From positions 10,784 to 74,783 of the forward strand of contig DASTUF010000084.1 in assembly GCA_035759745.1 (NCBI GenBank): DNA of 64,000 nucleotides, given 5' to 3'. The DNA comes from Gemmatimonadales bacterium. GTDB taxonomy: Bacteria > Gemmatimonadota > Gemmatimonadetes > Gemmatimonadales > GWC2-71-9. The translations under genes were made by a program, and so were the position numbers. Positions 51,503-61,434 of the stretch are shown here, in pieces (the first letter of the stretch is position 1; every line of letters begins with the position of its first letter). Under the pieces are notes generated by a model. The model was not told the origin of the DNA. It worked only from the letters and a program-made list of their open reading frames with translations, and ran no database searches.

Positions 51503-54500
51503 ACCCCTGACCCCCGAAATCCCCGCCAGCCCCTCGCGCGCAAACCGCACGTAGCCCTGCAGCGACTCGTCGGCGTATTTCCATTGCTCCAGCACCCGTT
51601 CGTACTCGGTCCGGGCCTCGGCGGTGCGCCCCAGCCGGTGGAGCAGTTCCGCCCGCAGCAGCCGCACCCGTCCCAGCATGGCCCAGCGGGGATCGAAGCT
51701 GCCGGTGCGCAGCAACTCCGGCTCGTACCCCTCGAGCAGGGCGAGCGCGGTCTGGTACTCGCCCAGCGCAGCCCAGGCCTGGGCCGCGAGCGGCCTGCGA
51801 TACACCACGTACTTCTGCATCATGCCCTGGGCCGAGTCCGACTCAGCCAGCGCAGCGCGCGCGGTGGCCGAGTCAGCCCGCGTGATCTCGGTGCCGGACA
51901 GCGCCAGCAGTGCACGGACTTCGGCTGGGAGCGGCTGCCTGGTGAGCGCTGCGAGCTCGGTGACGGCAGTGGTATCCATCTGCAAGCCGGTGAAGAGCCC
52001 GATCGCGGCAGCAGCACCGCTGTTGAGGACCGGCTCGCGACGTTCCTCAGGTGCCTCGCGCGCGGCCTCGGCCGCGCTCTGCCACACCCGGCGCAACGCG
52101 GAGCCGGGTGCACCCGACGCGGCGTACAGTTCTCCCAGGGCAGTGCGGCTCCAGTTCCCACCACCGCCTGCCTCATCGCCGATGTAGGGATAGACCGACG
52201 ATCGCACCCGCTCGGCCAGCTCGATGGAGCGCGCAGCCGCGGCGAGGTCGCCCTGATAGGCAAACACGTTCGCGGCCGACGCTACATCGCCGAACACCGC
52301 CGGGGTGCTGGCGAGAGGGCGGAAGTCCTCCGGCCCGGTGGAATCGAGCGCGGCCCGCAACAACTCCGCCGCCTGCTCCACCCGCCCGGCGGCGAAATGC
52401 ACCTGGGCCTCGATGAACGGCGTTTCCGGGTGCTCCGTCGTTACGGCACGATAGCGTTCGATCTCGGATATCGCGCCGTCGAAATTGCGCGAGCCGACCA
52501 GTGCATCCACCAGCGCGCCGTGCGCCCGGGGAGCGGTCGGCTGGGTCGCAACCCAGGACTGGGCCAGGTTCACCGCGGTCGAACGTGCGCGGTCGGCATT
52601 GCGCGCGCGCCCCGCAGCGTCGGACGGTCGGGTGGCGGTTCGGGCCAGGGCGAACGAGTCATTGGCAAGCAACGCCACCGACGCGCCTTCCCGCGCGGCG
52701 CTGTTGAGCATCTGCTCGATGTGCTCGTACGCCAGCACATAGTCCGGGTCCAGCGCGAGGGTGCGCCGGAAGGAGCGCAACGCCTGGGTCATCGTTGCCG
52801 GCATCGAGTCGAGCCCCGACTCATCGTGGAACCAGGCTTCGCCCAGTCCGTACCAGGCGTCGACATCAGTGGAGTCGCGGGCGATCAGCTCCTGGTAGAG
52901 ATTCCGGGCGCTACCGTAGTCAGCCTCCAGAAATGCGCGGTAGGCCGCGATGATCTTGCGCTCGTGCAGCGGCAGCTTGGCGCTGAACGCGACCGCCCGG
53001 GCCATCGCGTGGTCGCTCACGGAATCCGCCGGGCCCACCATCCAGCCGCGGGTCAGCGCCAGCTTGTAGTACGCCAGCCCGAACGTACTGTCGGTGCGGG
53101 TGGCCTCGCGGAGCGCGCGCTCGGCGGAGGTGAGGTCCCAGTGATTGAGCGCCTCGACGCCCTGCAGATACGAGCGATACGCCGCGAGCGACCCGGTGGT
53201 CGCCTGAGTCAGCGCGGTGCGCGCCTGAGCCGGAGCCCCGGCCAGGTCGAGCAACTGGAAGGCAAGCCGGTCGTACAGCAGGCGGGGGTCGGCCAGCGCC
53301 GCGCCTGATGCCTCTGCCGTCTCGAGCGCCTCGCCCGAAGCCACATCATAGAGCGTCGCCACAACCCGCAGCGAATCACCTACCCGCTCGAACCGTCCCA
53401 GCGCCACCGTCCACACGCCGGCGTCGCGGGCAATCTCACGCGCCTCGTCCCGGCCGATCGCCTCGCCCTCGGCAACATTGTGCTGCTCCAGCAGGTCGTG
53501 CACCCGGTCTGCATCGACCAACTGCAGGTCATTCCACTGTGCCAGGCTCATCGTGAGAATGCTGACACTGCCGCTACCGAGCCACGCCACCGACGAATCG
53601 TTGCGCAGGTTGTCGAACGGGAGCACGAGCAGCGAGTGCCGGGGATTGACGCCTTCGGGCGGCCCGTTCGCGCGCCCGCTCAATGTCACGCCCAGCGCGG
53701 CAAGCAACACCGCGCCCAGCCCACCGATCATCGCCAGCCGCTTGACCTTCCGCCGGCGAGGCGGGGAGATCTCGCCGGCGATGGCCCGGCGGAAGTCCTC
53801 ACCTGACTGCCACCGCTGGGACGGATTCTTCTCCAGCGCATGCGCGATGGCGGCGGCGAGCGGTTCCGGCGTGTCGGGGCGGAGCTTGCGCACCGGTGGC
53901 GCCGGCTCGGCGATGTGGCGCGAGACCACGACCCGGTTGGGTCCCTCGAAGGGTGGCGATCCCGCGAGCATCTCGAACGCCACCACGCCCAGTGAGTAGA
54001 GATCGCTGCGCGAATCCACTTCCTCTCCCGCCGCCTGCTCGGGACTCATGTAGGCGGGGGTGCCCACCGCCACGCCGCTGGCGGTCCGCTCGCCGGTTTC
54101 CGCCTGCAGCAACACCCGGGCGATCCCGAAGTCGGCCAGCATCGCGCGGCCCGAGCCGCTGTCGAGCAGGACGTTCTCCGGCTTTACGTCGCGGTGAACA
54201 ATTCCCGCGTGGCTGGCGGCGTCCAGTGCCGCCGCGATGTCGGAAGCGATGCGTGCCACTTCGGCGGACGGCAGCCGGCGTTCGCGCAGCAAGCGCGCGC
54301 GAAGGGTTTCGCCCGGCACCTCGTCCATGACGTAGTAGAGCAGTCCCTCGCCGGTGCCGGCGGCATGGACGGTGACGATGTTGGGATGGCGCAGCCTGGC
54401 GATGGTGCGGGCTTCGGAGAGGAACCGCCGCGCGAGAGTCTCGTGGCCGGCCAGTTCGGGATGGATGACCTTGATCGCGACCGGGCGGTCCAGCGTTACG

Positions 54501-54616
54501 TCGGTGCCCTGGAATACCACGCCCATGCCGCCGCGTCCCAACTCCCGCTCGACGCGGTACTGGGTGCCGAGCGCCCGGCGCAGGCGCTGGAACAGGTCGT
54601 CGGCGTCGTCGGTCAC
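51500..54616 (-). CDS. serine/threonine protein kinase with a TM segment and a large TPR-repeat C-terminal region
   Basis: Hanks kinase motifs (GRGGMGVV, AIK, HRDVKPEN, DFG, SPEQ), a TM helix near residue 300, and TPR-like repeats to the C-terminus. Confidence 0.9.
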   Translation of the reverse strand: MTDDADDLFQRLRRALGTQYRVERELGRGGMGVVFQGTDVTLDRPVAIKVIHPELAGHETLARRFLSEARTIARLRHPNIVTVHAAGTGEGLLYYVMDEVPGETLRARLLRERRLPSAEVARIASDIAAALDAASHAGIVHRDVKPENVLLDSGSGRAMLADFGIARVLLQAETGERTASGVAVGTPAYMSPEQAAGEEVDSRSDLYSLGVVAFEMLAGSPPFEGPNRVVVSRHIAEPAPPVRKLRPDTPEPLAAAIAHALEKNPSQRWQSGEDFRRAIAGEISPPRRRKVKRLAMIGGLGAVLLAALGVTLSGRANGPPEGVNPRHSLLVLPFDNLRNDSSVAWLGSGSVSILTMSLAQWNDLQLVDADRVHDLLEQHNVAEGEAIGRDEAREIARDAGVWTVALGRFERVGDSLRVVATLYDVASGEALETAEASGAALADPRLLYDRLAFQLLDLAGAPAQARTALTQATTGSLAAYRSYLQGVEALNHWDLTSAERALREATRTDSTFGLAYYKLALTRGWMVGPADSVSDHAMARAVAFSAKLPLHERKIIAAYRAFLEADYGSARNLYQELIARDSTDVDAWYGLGEAWFHDESGLDSMPATMTQALRSFRRTLALDPDYVLAYEHIEQMLNSAAREGASVALLANDSFALARTATRPSDAAGRARNADRARSTAVNLAQSWVATQPTAPRAHGALVDALVGSRNFDGAISEIERYRAVTTEHPETPFIEAQVHFAAGRVEQAAELLRAALDSTGPEDFRPLASTPAVFGDVASAANVFAYQGDLAAAARSIELAERVRSSVYPYIGDEAGGGGNWSRTALGELYAASGAPGSALRRVWQSAAEAAREAPEERREPVLNSGAAAAIGLFTGLQMDTTAVTELAALTRQPLPAEVRALLALSGTEITRADSATARAALAESDSAQGMMQKYVVYRRPLAAQAWAALGEYQTALALLEGYEPELLRTGSFDPRWAMLGRVRLLRAELLHRLGRTAEARTEYERVLEQWKYADESLQGYVRFAREGLAGISGVRG

Positions 54617-54780
54617 AGGTCGTCCTGACGGTCAGCCCGCCTGAAGGTGGAACAGAACCCCGCACAACCCCTTGTTGGATGCTGCCTGCCGTCGAAAGGT
54701 TGCGGCTGGAGCCGTGGGGGTTGCATCGGGTACCGCCTGGCGTTGAGCCTCGGTTGAGCCGGCGCGCCTACGTTGGCCCC

Positions 54781-55626
54781 ATGCATTACTCGAACGGCGC
54801 CATTACGGTGGCAGCGGTGCTCACCTCGTCCGAGCGCCAGCGCATTGAAGTTGCAGCCGGTGGCGTCTTCTCGCTGGTTCACCGCGATTCGGTGCGGGAC
54901 GCCGCAACTGTGGTGCGGGAGCGGCCGGTGGACGCGGTGCTGGTTTCGGTGCATCGCTGTGGCCGGGAGCAGGTGGACGCAGTCCGCAACCTGGTGCGCG
55001 ATTTCCCCGGGGTCCCGACGCTCGCGCTGCTGTCCCAGCATGACGCCGCTGCCTCCGAGATGCTGCTGGCCTTCGGCGCATCGGGTGTCCGCCAGGTGGT
55101 GGACGTCTCGTCGCCGGTCGGTTGGGCTCACCTGCGGCAGGTGGTGGCCCAGCCCGCCAGCCGGGCCGTGGCCCGGATCCAGGGCGCCACCTTCGGCACC
55201 CTGGGAGAAATTCCGCCCGATGCGCTGCTCTTTCTGGAGACGCTGATCCGGGTGGCTCCCGATACACCGACCGTGCGGCGTTTCGCCGAGATGCTGGACG
55301 TCACGCCCAGCACGCTCATGTCGCGCTTCGCGCGAGCTGCGCTTCCCAGTCCCAAGAACTATCTCGCGTCGGTGCGGCTGCTGCATGCGGCCCATCTCTT
55401 CGAGAGCCAGGGGCTCTCCATCGCGGACGTGGCCTACCGGCTCGACTATTCCTCACCCCAGAGTTTCGGCCGCCACCTGCGCACCATGCTGGGCATCACA
55501 TCGTCCGAGTTCCGGACCCGGATGACCTTCCCTCAGGCGGTGGACCGCTTTGTCGAACTCATGATTCTACCCTACGTACCGACGTGGCGGGCGTTCCATC
55601 CCCTGGCAGGGGAGCGCCACCGGTAG
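54781..55626 (+). CDS. AraC family helix-turn-helix transcriptional regulator
   Basis: C-terminal AraC-type HTH (IADVAYRLDYSSPQSFGRHLRTMLGITSSEFR) and a receiver-like N-terminal half. The Met at 54781 is preferred. Confidence 0.75.
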   Translation: MHYSNGAITVAAVLTSSERQRIEVAAGGVFSLVHRDSVRDAATVVRERPVDAVLVSVHRCGREQVDAVRNLVRDFPGVPTLALLSQHDAAASEMLLAFGASGVRQVVDVSSPVGWAHLRQVVAQPASRAVARIQGATFGTLGEIPPDALLFLETLIRVAPDTPTVRRFAEMLDVTPSTLMSRFARAALPSPKNYLASVRLLHAAHLFESQGLSIADVAYRLDYSSPQSFGRHLRTMLGITSSEFRTRMTFPQAVDRFVELMILPYVPTWRAFHPLAGERHR

Positions 55627-56935
55627 GCAGGATCCGTCCGGCGCACCGTCCCAGCCCCACCCGGCGGAACCCCTCGCGCTCGGCCCAGCCAGCCAGGATC
55701 ACTTCGTCGCCGTCCTCCAGGAAGCCGCGCTGTTCGCCTCCCGGTAGTGACAGCGGGTCCTTGCCTCGGCGGGTCAGCTCCAGCAGGCAGCCCCGGCTGC
55801 CAGGAGTGGCGCCGCTGACGGTCCCACTGGCAAAGAGGTCGCCCGGCCGGAGGTTGCAGCCATTGCTGGCGTGGTGCGCCAGCATCTGCCCCAAGGTCCA
55901 GTACATGTCGACGAAGCTGCCGCGCGAGACCCGGATGGGGTCCGTGTTCGCCGCCCGCATCGCCTCGCTCCGGAGCCAGACCTCGAGCGTCAGCGCCAGA
56001 CCGCCCTGGGCCTCATTCGCGGGGTCGAAGAGATGTGGCAGCGGGGCGGGATCGCCCTCGGCCCGGCGGAAGACCGGAGCCCGGAACGGCGCCAGCGCTT
56101 CCAGCGTCACCACCCAGGGGCCGATGGTCGTGGCGAAGCTCTTGGCCAGAAAGGGGCCCAGCGGCTGGTACTCCCATGCCTGCACATCGCGGGCGGACCA
56201 GTCATTCACGAGACACACACCGAAGATGCGAGACTCCGCCTCCGCCAGCGGCACTGATTCACCCAGCGGGTTGCCGGGTCCGACGAAGGCTCCGAGTTCG
56301 AGCTCGTAGTCCAGCTGGCGCGACGGGCCGAACGACGGCTCGGTGGCGTCGGGCGGCTTGCGCTGCCCGGCGGGCCGGCGCACGGTCTGGCCCGAAACCA
56401 CGATGGACGACGCGCGGCCGTGATAGCCGATTGGCACCCACTTGTAGTTGGGCAGCAGCGGATTGTCGGGCCGGAACATCGCGCCGACGTTGGTGGCGTG
56501 ATGCACTGAGGCGTAGAAGTCGGTGTAATCGCCGATCTGTGCCGGCAGCAGCAGCTCGGCCTGGTCCTGCGGCACCAGCATCTCGTCCGCATGTTCCCGC
56601 GCTGCGGTGGCCATCAACCCCTTGCTGCCCAGCAGGGACTGCAAGGCGCGCCGCAGTTCACTCCAGGCGGGCGCACCAAGCGCCATGAGCGGGTTGAGCA
56701 CTGGCGCGTCGCACGCCGCGCCGGCCTCGCCCAGGTCCCAGTGCCGATGTGCCAGTGCGACGTCGAGGATCCTGTCGCCGATAGCCACGCCCACCCGTGG
56801 CGCCTCGGTGCCCTGCTTCCGGCGGAACACGCCGAAGGGGAGGTTCTGCAAGGGGAAATCGGTCGCCGGATCGTTGGCCGATTCGATCCAGCTCTCCAGT
56901 GACGGGTCGTGGGTCTCGTTGATCTCGATGGTCAT
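55559..56935 (-). CDS. fahA: fumarylacetoacetase
   Basis: Start at MTIEINETHDPSLESWIESAN...FPLQNLPFGVF, with the FAH C-terminal domain (...GDLFASGTVSG...GCLLE...). The roughly 20-aa C-terminal tail overlaps the convergent AraC gene by 68 nt. Confidence 0.9.
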   Translation of the reverse strand: MTIEINETHDPSLESWIESANDPATDFPLQNLPFGVFRRKQGTEAPRVGVAIGDRILDVALAHRHWDLGEAGAACDAPVLNPLMALGAPAWSELRRALQSLLGSKGLMATAAREHADEMLVPQDQAELLLPAQIGDYTDFYASVHHATNVGAMFRPDNPLLPNYKWVPIGYHGRASSIVVSGQTVRRPAGQRKPPDATEPSFGPSRQLDYELELGAFVGPGNPLGESVPLAEAESRIFGVCLVNDWSARDVQAWEYQPLGPFLAKSFATTIGPWVVTLEALAPFRAPVFRRAEGDPAPLPHLFDPANEAQGGLALTLEVWLRSEAMRAANTDPIRVSRGSFVDMYWTLGQMLAHHASNGCNLRPGDLFASGTVSGATPGSRGCLLELTRRGKDPLSLPGGEQRGFLEDGDEVILAGWAEREGFRRVGLGRCAGRILPTGGAPLPGDGTPATSVRRVES

Positions 56936-56936
56936 A

Positions 56937-57845
56937 TCAGAGCAATCCCAGCGCGCGGAGGTCATCCAGCGGCTCGGTGAAGGAGCAGGAGCCGAATGAG
57001 ATCGCCACCCGGCTGCGAACCCGGTCGATGGTGGCACGATCGGCGTGGAAGTGACTCCAACCCACGCCGTCGGCCTCGAAGGTGAAGGCGTCCGCCTCGC
57101 GCTCCACCAGCACCGCCTCCAGCTCCTCGAGCGAAAGGCCCTGATCGGCCAGCGCCGCGGCGACCAGCAGGTTGAGGTGGCCGTACATTGTGCCTTCCGC
57201 ACTGCCCGGTTCGTAGGTCAGCCGGTGCTCGCCCAGCAGGGGATGATGCAACCCGGCGGTGGCCTTGAACGGCACCGCCTGATCAACACAACTGCGAATG
57301 AAGCGCGCAACGGCGCGAGGTGGTGGGAAGGCGTCGGCCGTGGTGCCGCCGGTGCGGATCTTGGCGCGCGCGTCGAGGTTGGCCAGTGCGGCGATCGCGT
57401 CGGTGTGGTCGTCCTGCCATGGGAGCTCGATGTAGACGGTGACGTCTGCCGGGGCAGACCGGACCCGCAGCTCCAGTTCGGCGAGATCCGAGGCGCGAGC
57501 TTCGAGGGTGTCGATCACCGCGCGGCCCAGCGCCGCCGTCGCATGGCGTTCATTGAAGTTGAAAATCAGTTCGGCGTCATGGGCCGGATCCCGGCCGCTG
57601 AGCAGCGCGATGGTCCACGGCTCGGCGTCCTGCTCGCGGGGAAGGAGTGCGGCAGCGGCGCCCTCGAATTCATCGAGGCGACCGGACGTGACAATGAACC
57701 GGCCCAGGGCCCAGGCGTCGGGTCCCGCGCGATACTGGGCAAACCGCTCCACGGCGCCGGCCATCTCGAGCTGCGCCGGCGGAAAGAGGCCGGCGTAATC
57801 GATCGCGTGGCGGAGGAGGGCGCGGATGGTGTCGGGTTCTGACAT
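56937..57845 (-). CDS. conserved hypothetical protein (no recognised family)
   Basis: 302-aa ORF with good coding character, ending 1 nt before the fahA start. Motifs KIRTGG and FKATAGLHHP noted. Confidence 0.6.
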   Translation of the reverse strand: MSEPDTIRALLRHAIDYAGLFPPAQLEMAGAVERFAQYRAGPDAWALGRFIVTSGRLDEFEGAAAALLPREQDAEPWTIALLSGRDPAHDAELIFNFNERHATAALGRAVIDTLEARASDLAELELRVRSAPADVTVYIELPWQDDHTDAIAALANLDARAKIRTGGTTADAFPPPRAVARFIRSCVDQAVPFKATAGLHHPLLGEHRLTYEPGSAEGTMYGHLNLLVAAALADQGLSLEELEAVLVEREADAFTFEADGVGWSHFHADRATIDRVRSRVAISFGSCSFTEPLDDLRALGLL

Positions 57846-57914
57846 GGTGGGAATATAGGGCGGCGGCTCGGCGCTGCGGCGTCCTGAGCCCAGCGAACGA
57901 GCCGAGCTCTCACG

Positions 57915-58046
57915 TTCACCACAGAGCCACAGAGAACACAGAGATATCGAGCAATCGTTTTGCAGGTTTGCCGCGGTCGGCGTTGCCTTGCGATGGCACC
58001 CACAACAAACAGTTCCTCTCCGTGTGCTCTGTGGCTCTGTGGTTGA
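57915..58046. repeat. long-loop inverted repeat (CACAGAG/CCACAGAG flavour)
   Basis: TTCACCACAGAGCCACAGAGAACACAGAG (57915-43) pairs with CTCTCCGTGTGCTCTGTGGCTCTGTGGTTGA (58017-46), separated by about 73 nt. Lies in a divergent intergenic region. Confidence 0.85.
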
Positions 58047-58141
58047 TCTTGCCCTTCTTCGCGTCCTTGGTGTCTTCGTGGTAGATACCTTACGCTTTGA
58101 AACCGCCCAACCCGCATGCCCGTACGGACCGCCGTTCTCTA

Positions 58142-59386
58142 ATGAGGTCTCACGTGCCCTCGCTCAATGCCGGTGCGCTGGGGGTGGCCCTCTCCACCCT
58201 GCGCTCGAATCCACTGCGTACCCTGCTGTCCACCCTCGGCATCGTTATGGGCATGGCCTCGCTGGTTGCCGTACTGTCCATCGGCGATGGCCTCGAACGA
58301 TTCGCGCGCGACCAGGTGTCCCGTACCACCGACGTCCAGACCATCGTGGTGCAGCCGACCGAGGTGGATGTGGTGGACGGGGTCGCGGTGCCTCGCACCG
58401 ACTACGCCCGCTTCGACCTTGCCGATCGGAATGCACTGCAGGATCGACTTGGCGCCCGCGCCGGCGTCGGCATCGCCACCACTGGTGGTTCGCGACTCGT
58501 CGCCGGCGATTCAGCGCGGGGCGTGATCGTGGCAGCGGTCACACCGGAGATGTTCGAGCAGACCATGGATTCGCTCGCTGCAGGTGCCGCATTCAGTGCG
58601 GATGCCGTGCGGGACTCGAGCCGAGTCGCGATGATCTCGTGGACGCTCGCGAGCGCGCTCGACTCGTCGACGCCTGCCGATGTCGTTGGACGAAAACTTC
58701 AGCTGGAAGAGGCGACGTTTGAGGTTGTGGGAGTGGAGCGCGCCCAGGAGGGGCCGGCTGCGCGAAGCCTTCGAGCGGTTGTGCCGTTCACGACTCAGGA
58801 GGTTGCGCTTGCCCGTGCCAGCTCCGCCCGGGCAGCGCAAATGGTGGTGCGAGTGCGCGCGGTGGAGGACCTGGACGCCGTACGCGCGGAGGTGGAATCG
58901 TGGCTGGCCGAGCGCGGCGGTGTTGCCGAAGTGCGGACGTACAGCGCGGCTCGCATCGAGCAGGTCCAGCAGGGTATCCTGATTTTCAAGCTTGCGATGG
59001 GCACTTTCGCCGGCATCTCGCTGCTGGTGGGCGGCATCGGTATCATGAACGTGCTGCTGGCGTCGGTCACCGAGCGCACCCGCGAGATCGGCATCCGCAA
59101 GGCCACCGGCGCGAGCCATCGGGATCTGCTGGCGCAGTTCCTCACCGAGTCAGTCGCCATCTCGGCGGTCGGCAGCGTCCTGGGCGCCGCGCTCGGCATC
59201 GGCGGCGCCTACGCCGCGACGGCGATCATGCGCGCCAAGGCCGGCGCATTCATCTACGCCGGCCTCAGCCTGAGCACCCTGCTGGTGGCAGCCGCCATCT
59301 CGGTGGCTACCGGGCTCCTCTTCGGGGCCTACCCCGCCCTGCGCGCCGCGCGGTTGTCACCGATAGAGGCAATACGGCACGAATAG
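58142..59386 (+). CDS. ABC transporter permease (MacB/FtsX-like)
   Basis: N-terminal TM, a periplasmic MacB_PCD-like domain, and a C-terminal FtsX domain (ERTREIGIRKATGAS...). Confidence 0.85.
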   Translation: MRSHVPSLNAGALGVALSTLRSNPLRTLLSTLGIVMGMASLVAVLSIGDGLERFARDQVSRTTDVQTIVVQPTEVDVVDGVAVPRTDYARFDLADRNALQDRLGARAGVGIATTGGSRLVAGDSARGVIVAAVTPEMFEQTMDSLAAGAAFSADAVRDSSRVAMISWTLASALDSSTPADVVGRKLQLEEATFEVVGVERAQEGPAARSLRAVVPFTTQEVALARASSARAAQMVVRVRAVEDLDAVRAEVESWLAERGGVAEVRTYSAARIEQVQQGILIFKLAMGTFAGISLLVGGIGIMNVLLASVTERTREIGIRKATGASHRDLLAQFLTESVAISAVGSVLGAALGIGGAYAATAIMRAKAGAFIYAGLSLSTLLVAAAISVATGLLFGAYPALRAARLSPIEAIRHE

Positions 59387-59415
59387 GGTCCGCCAAGCGG
59401 CCGCCCCTATTCGCG

Positions 59416-61332
59416 TCACTCCCTCTGCGCCACCTCCCCCGCCATTCCCTGCGCGGCATGCACCAGCCGGATGAACTCGCCCCTGATGCCGTAGGCGTCT
59501 TCACCCCGGCCGCGTGACGCCAGCCGGAGGACTTCCTCCCAGCTCGCCCCTCCACGATGGTCCGACTCGCGCAGCAGCATGCCGAATTCCGCCACGGCCG
59601 CCGCGAATGCGAAGTCGCCACTCATTTCGCCGACTTCGTCGCGCGCCCGAAGTGTCTGGGTTAGCAGCGAGCTGCGCCCACCCTTGGACGGCTGGTACCG
59701 CAGCTTGACCGTGAGCCACTCGTCGCTCGGCCCGATGCGGGCGCCTGATGGCTGCTGGTACTTGAGCGGGGTCGCATCCGGCAGGTCGAGATCGGTGTCG
59801 GCACCCACCGGCACCACCTCGTACAACGCAGTCACCCGGTGCCCGGCGCCGAGCTCGCCCGCGTCCTTGGTGTCATCGTCGAAGTCCTCCGTGGCCAGCA
59901 TCCGGTTCTCGTACCCGATCAGCCGGTAGGCCCGCACCAGGGCGGGGTTGAACTCCACCTGGATCTTCACGTCCTTGGCGATGGTGAAGAGGGTGCCGGT
60001 CAGCTCGCTGCCGAACACCTTCTGGGCCTCGAGGATGTTGTCCACGTAGGCGAAGTTGCCGTCGCCCTTGTCGGCCAGCGACTCCATCCGGGAATCCTTG
60101 TAGTTGCCGGTGCCGAAGCCCAGCACGGTGAGATGTATCCCGCCCTTGCCTTCGGCCTCCACCAGCCGCACCAGCTCGCCCTCGCTCGAGACGCCCACAT
60201 TGAAGTCCCCGTCGGTGGCGAGGATGACCCGGTTGTTGCCCTCGGGCAGGAACTGCTCCCGCGCAATGCGATACGCCAGCTGGATCCCGGCGCCGCCTGC
60301 GGTGGAGCCACCGGCGTGGAGCCGGTCGATGGCGTGGCGGATGCGCTCGCGATGGGCACCACTGGTCGAGGGCAGCACCAGCCCGGCACTGCCGGCATAG
60401 ACCACGATCGCCACCTGATCCTCGGGACGCAGCTTGTCCACCAGCACGCCGAGGGACTGCTGCACCAGGGGCAGCTTGTCGGGTGGGGTCATTGAGCCGG
60501 ACACGTCGATCAGAAACACCAGGTTGCTGGGCGGCATCTCCCGGCGGTCGCTCCGGCGTCCCTGCAACCCGATCCGCACCAGCCGATGTTCCGGGCGCCA
60601 TGGCGCCGGCGCAATGTCCGTCGTGACGCTGAAGGGATGCCGGCCGGTCGGTTCGGCGTAGTCGTAGTCGAAGTAGTTGACCAGTTCCTCGATGCGCACC
60701 GCATCCACCGGCGGCCGCTGGCCGTTCATCAGGAATCGGCGGACGTTGGCGTAGGACGCCCGGTCGACGTCGATGGAGAAGGTGGAGAGCGGATTGTTGG
60801 TCACGCCCTGCCAGCGATTCTCCTTGATGTAGGCGTATTCCTCGGTGTTCCACGGCTCGCGTCGCGGGTGATCGATGTAGCCATGCGACTCTGCGATCCT
60901 CCCGCCGCGCAGGGTTAGCCTGCTGCGAACCGACACCTCGTCCCTGGGCGCCGCCTGCGGTGATGCGTTGACGACGATGTCCTCGATAACGACGGTGCTG
61001 GCCGTCAGCGTGAAGTCCACGACGGTAGTGTCGCCTGACCCTACCGTCACATTGTCGTGGCGAACAGCGCGGTATCCGATGAACGCCGCGCGCAGCGACC
61101 AGGTGCCGGCCGGCACGCCGGCCAGGCGGTACTCGCCGCGCCCGTTTGTGAGAGCGCTGTGCGTGGTCGAGACAACGCTCACCTGGGCGTTGGCAATGGG
61201 AGCGCCTGCGTCGTCACGCACATGTCCGATGATGACACCGGTGACAAGGAAGGAATCGAGATGGGGATCGGGAGTGCGAAGTGGCAGCGGCACGAGCGCC
61301 GCCGCCAGCAGGACCGACGTGAGACGAGACAT
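59416..61332 (-). CDS. von Willebrand factor type A domain protein (YfbK-like: CarboxypepD_reg, VWA, DUF3520)
   Basis: Signal peptide, a carboxypeptidase-regulatory-like beta-sandwich, the MIDAS motif DVSGSM and a conserved C-terminal extension. GGAGG RBS. Confidence 0.85.
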   Translation of the reverse strand: MSRLTSVLLAAALVPLPLRTPDPHLDSFLVTGVIIGHVRDDAGAPIANAQVSVVSTTHSALTNGRGEYRLAGVPAGTWSLRAAFIGYRAVRHDNVTVGSGDTTVVDFTLTASTVVIEDIVVNASPQAAPRDEVSVRSRLTLRGGRIAESHGYIDHPRREPWNTEEYAYIKENRWQGVTNNPLSTFSIDVDRASYANVRRFLMNGQRPPVDAVRIEELVNYFDYDYAEPTGRHPFSVTTDIAPAPWRPEHRLVRIGLQGRRSDRREMPPSNLVFLIDVSGSMTPPDKLPLVQQSLGVLVDKLRPEDQVAIVVYAGSAGLVLPSTSGAHRERIRHAIDRLHAGGSTAGGAGIQLAYRIAREQFLPEGNNRVILATDGDFNVGVSSEGELVRLVEAEGKGGIHLTVLGFGTGNYKDSRMESLADKGDGNFAYVDNILEAQKVFGSELTGTLFTIAKDVKIQVEFNPALVRAYRLIGYENRMLATEDFDDDTKDAGELGAGHRVTALYEVVPVGADTDLDLPDATPLKYQQPSGARIGPSDEWLTVKLRYQPSKGGRSSLLTQTLRARDEVGEMSGDFAFAAAVAEFGMLLRESDHRGGASWEEVLRLASRGRGEDAYGIRGEFIRLVHAAQGMAGEVAQRE

Positions 61333-61434
61333 GCGAACCTCCGGACTGGGGGAACGTCCGCAACTGCGGACTTAACCCGGGAGATGCGCCTGCCTGCCGA
61401 TGATGCACATGGGGGGAAACTGCAGGGAACTGCG

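Noticed and set aside
51191-53308. 705-aa plus-strand ORF
   Set aside because: It lies antisense to the Ser/Thr kinase and runs across rnpB. Its product is low-complexity and Arg/Gly/Pro-rich, so it is a shadow ORF.
55559-55626. 68-nt convergent overlap of the AraC regulator and fahA as a regulatory antisense arrangement
   Set aside because: The overlap involves only a poorly conserved C-terminal tail of FAH beyond the usual family end. A mis-called stop or a neutral extension explains it more simply.
58142-61332. MacB-like permease plus VWA protein as a defence or export system
   Set aside because: The genes are convergent and not co-transcribed. No ATPase, MFP, MoxR or other partner is adjacent in the window, so there is no support for a system-level call.
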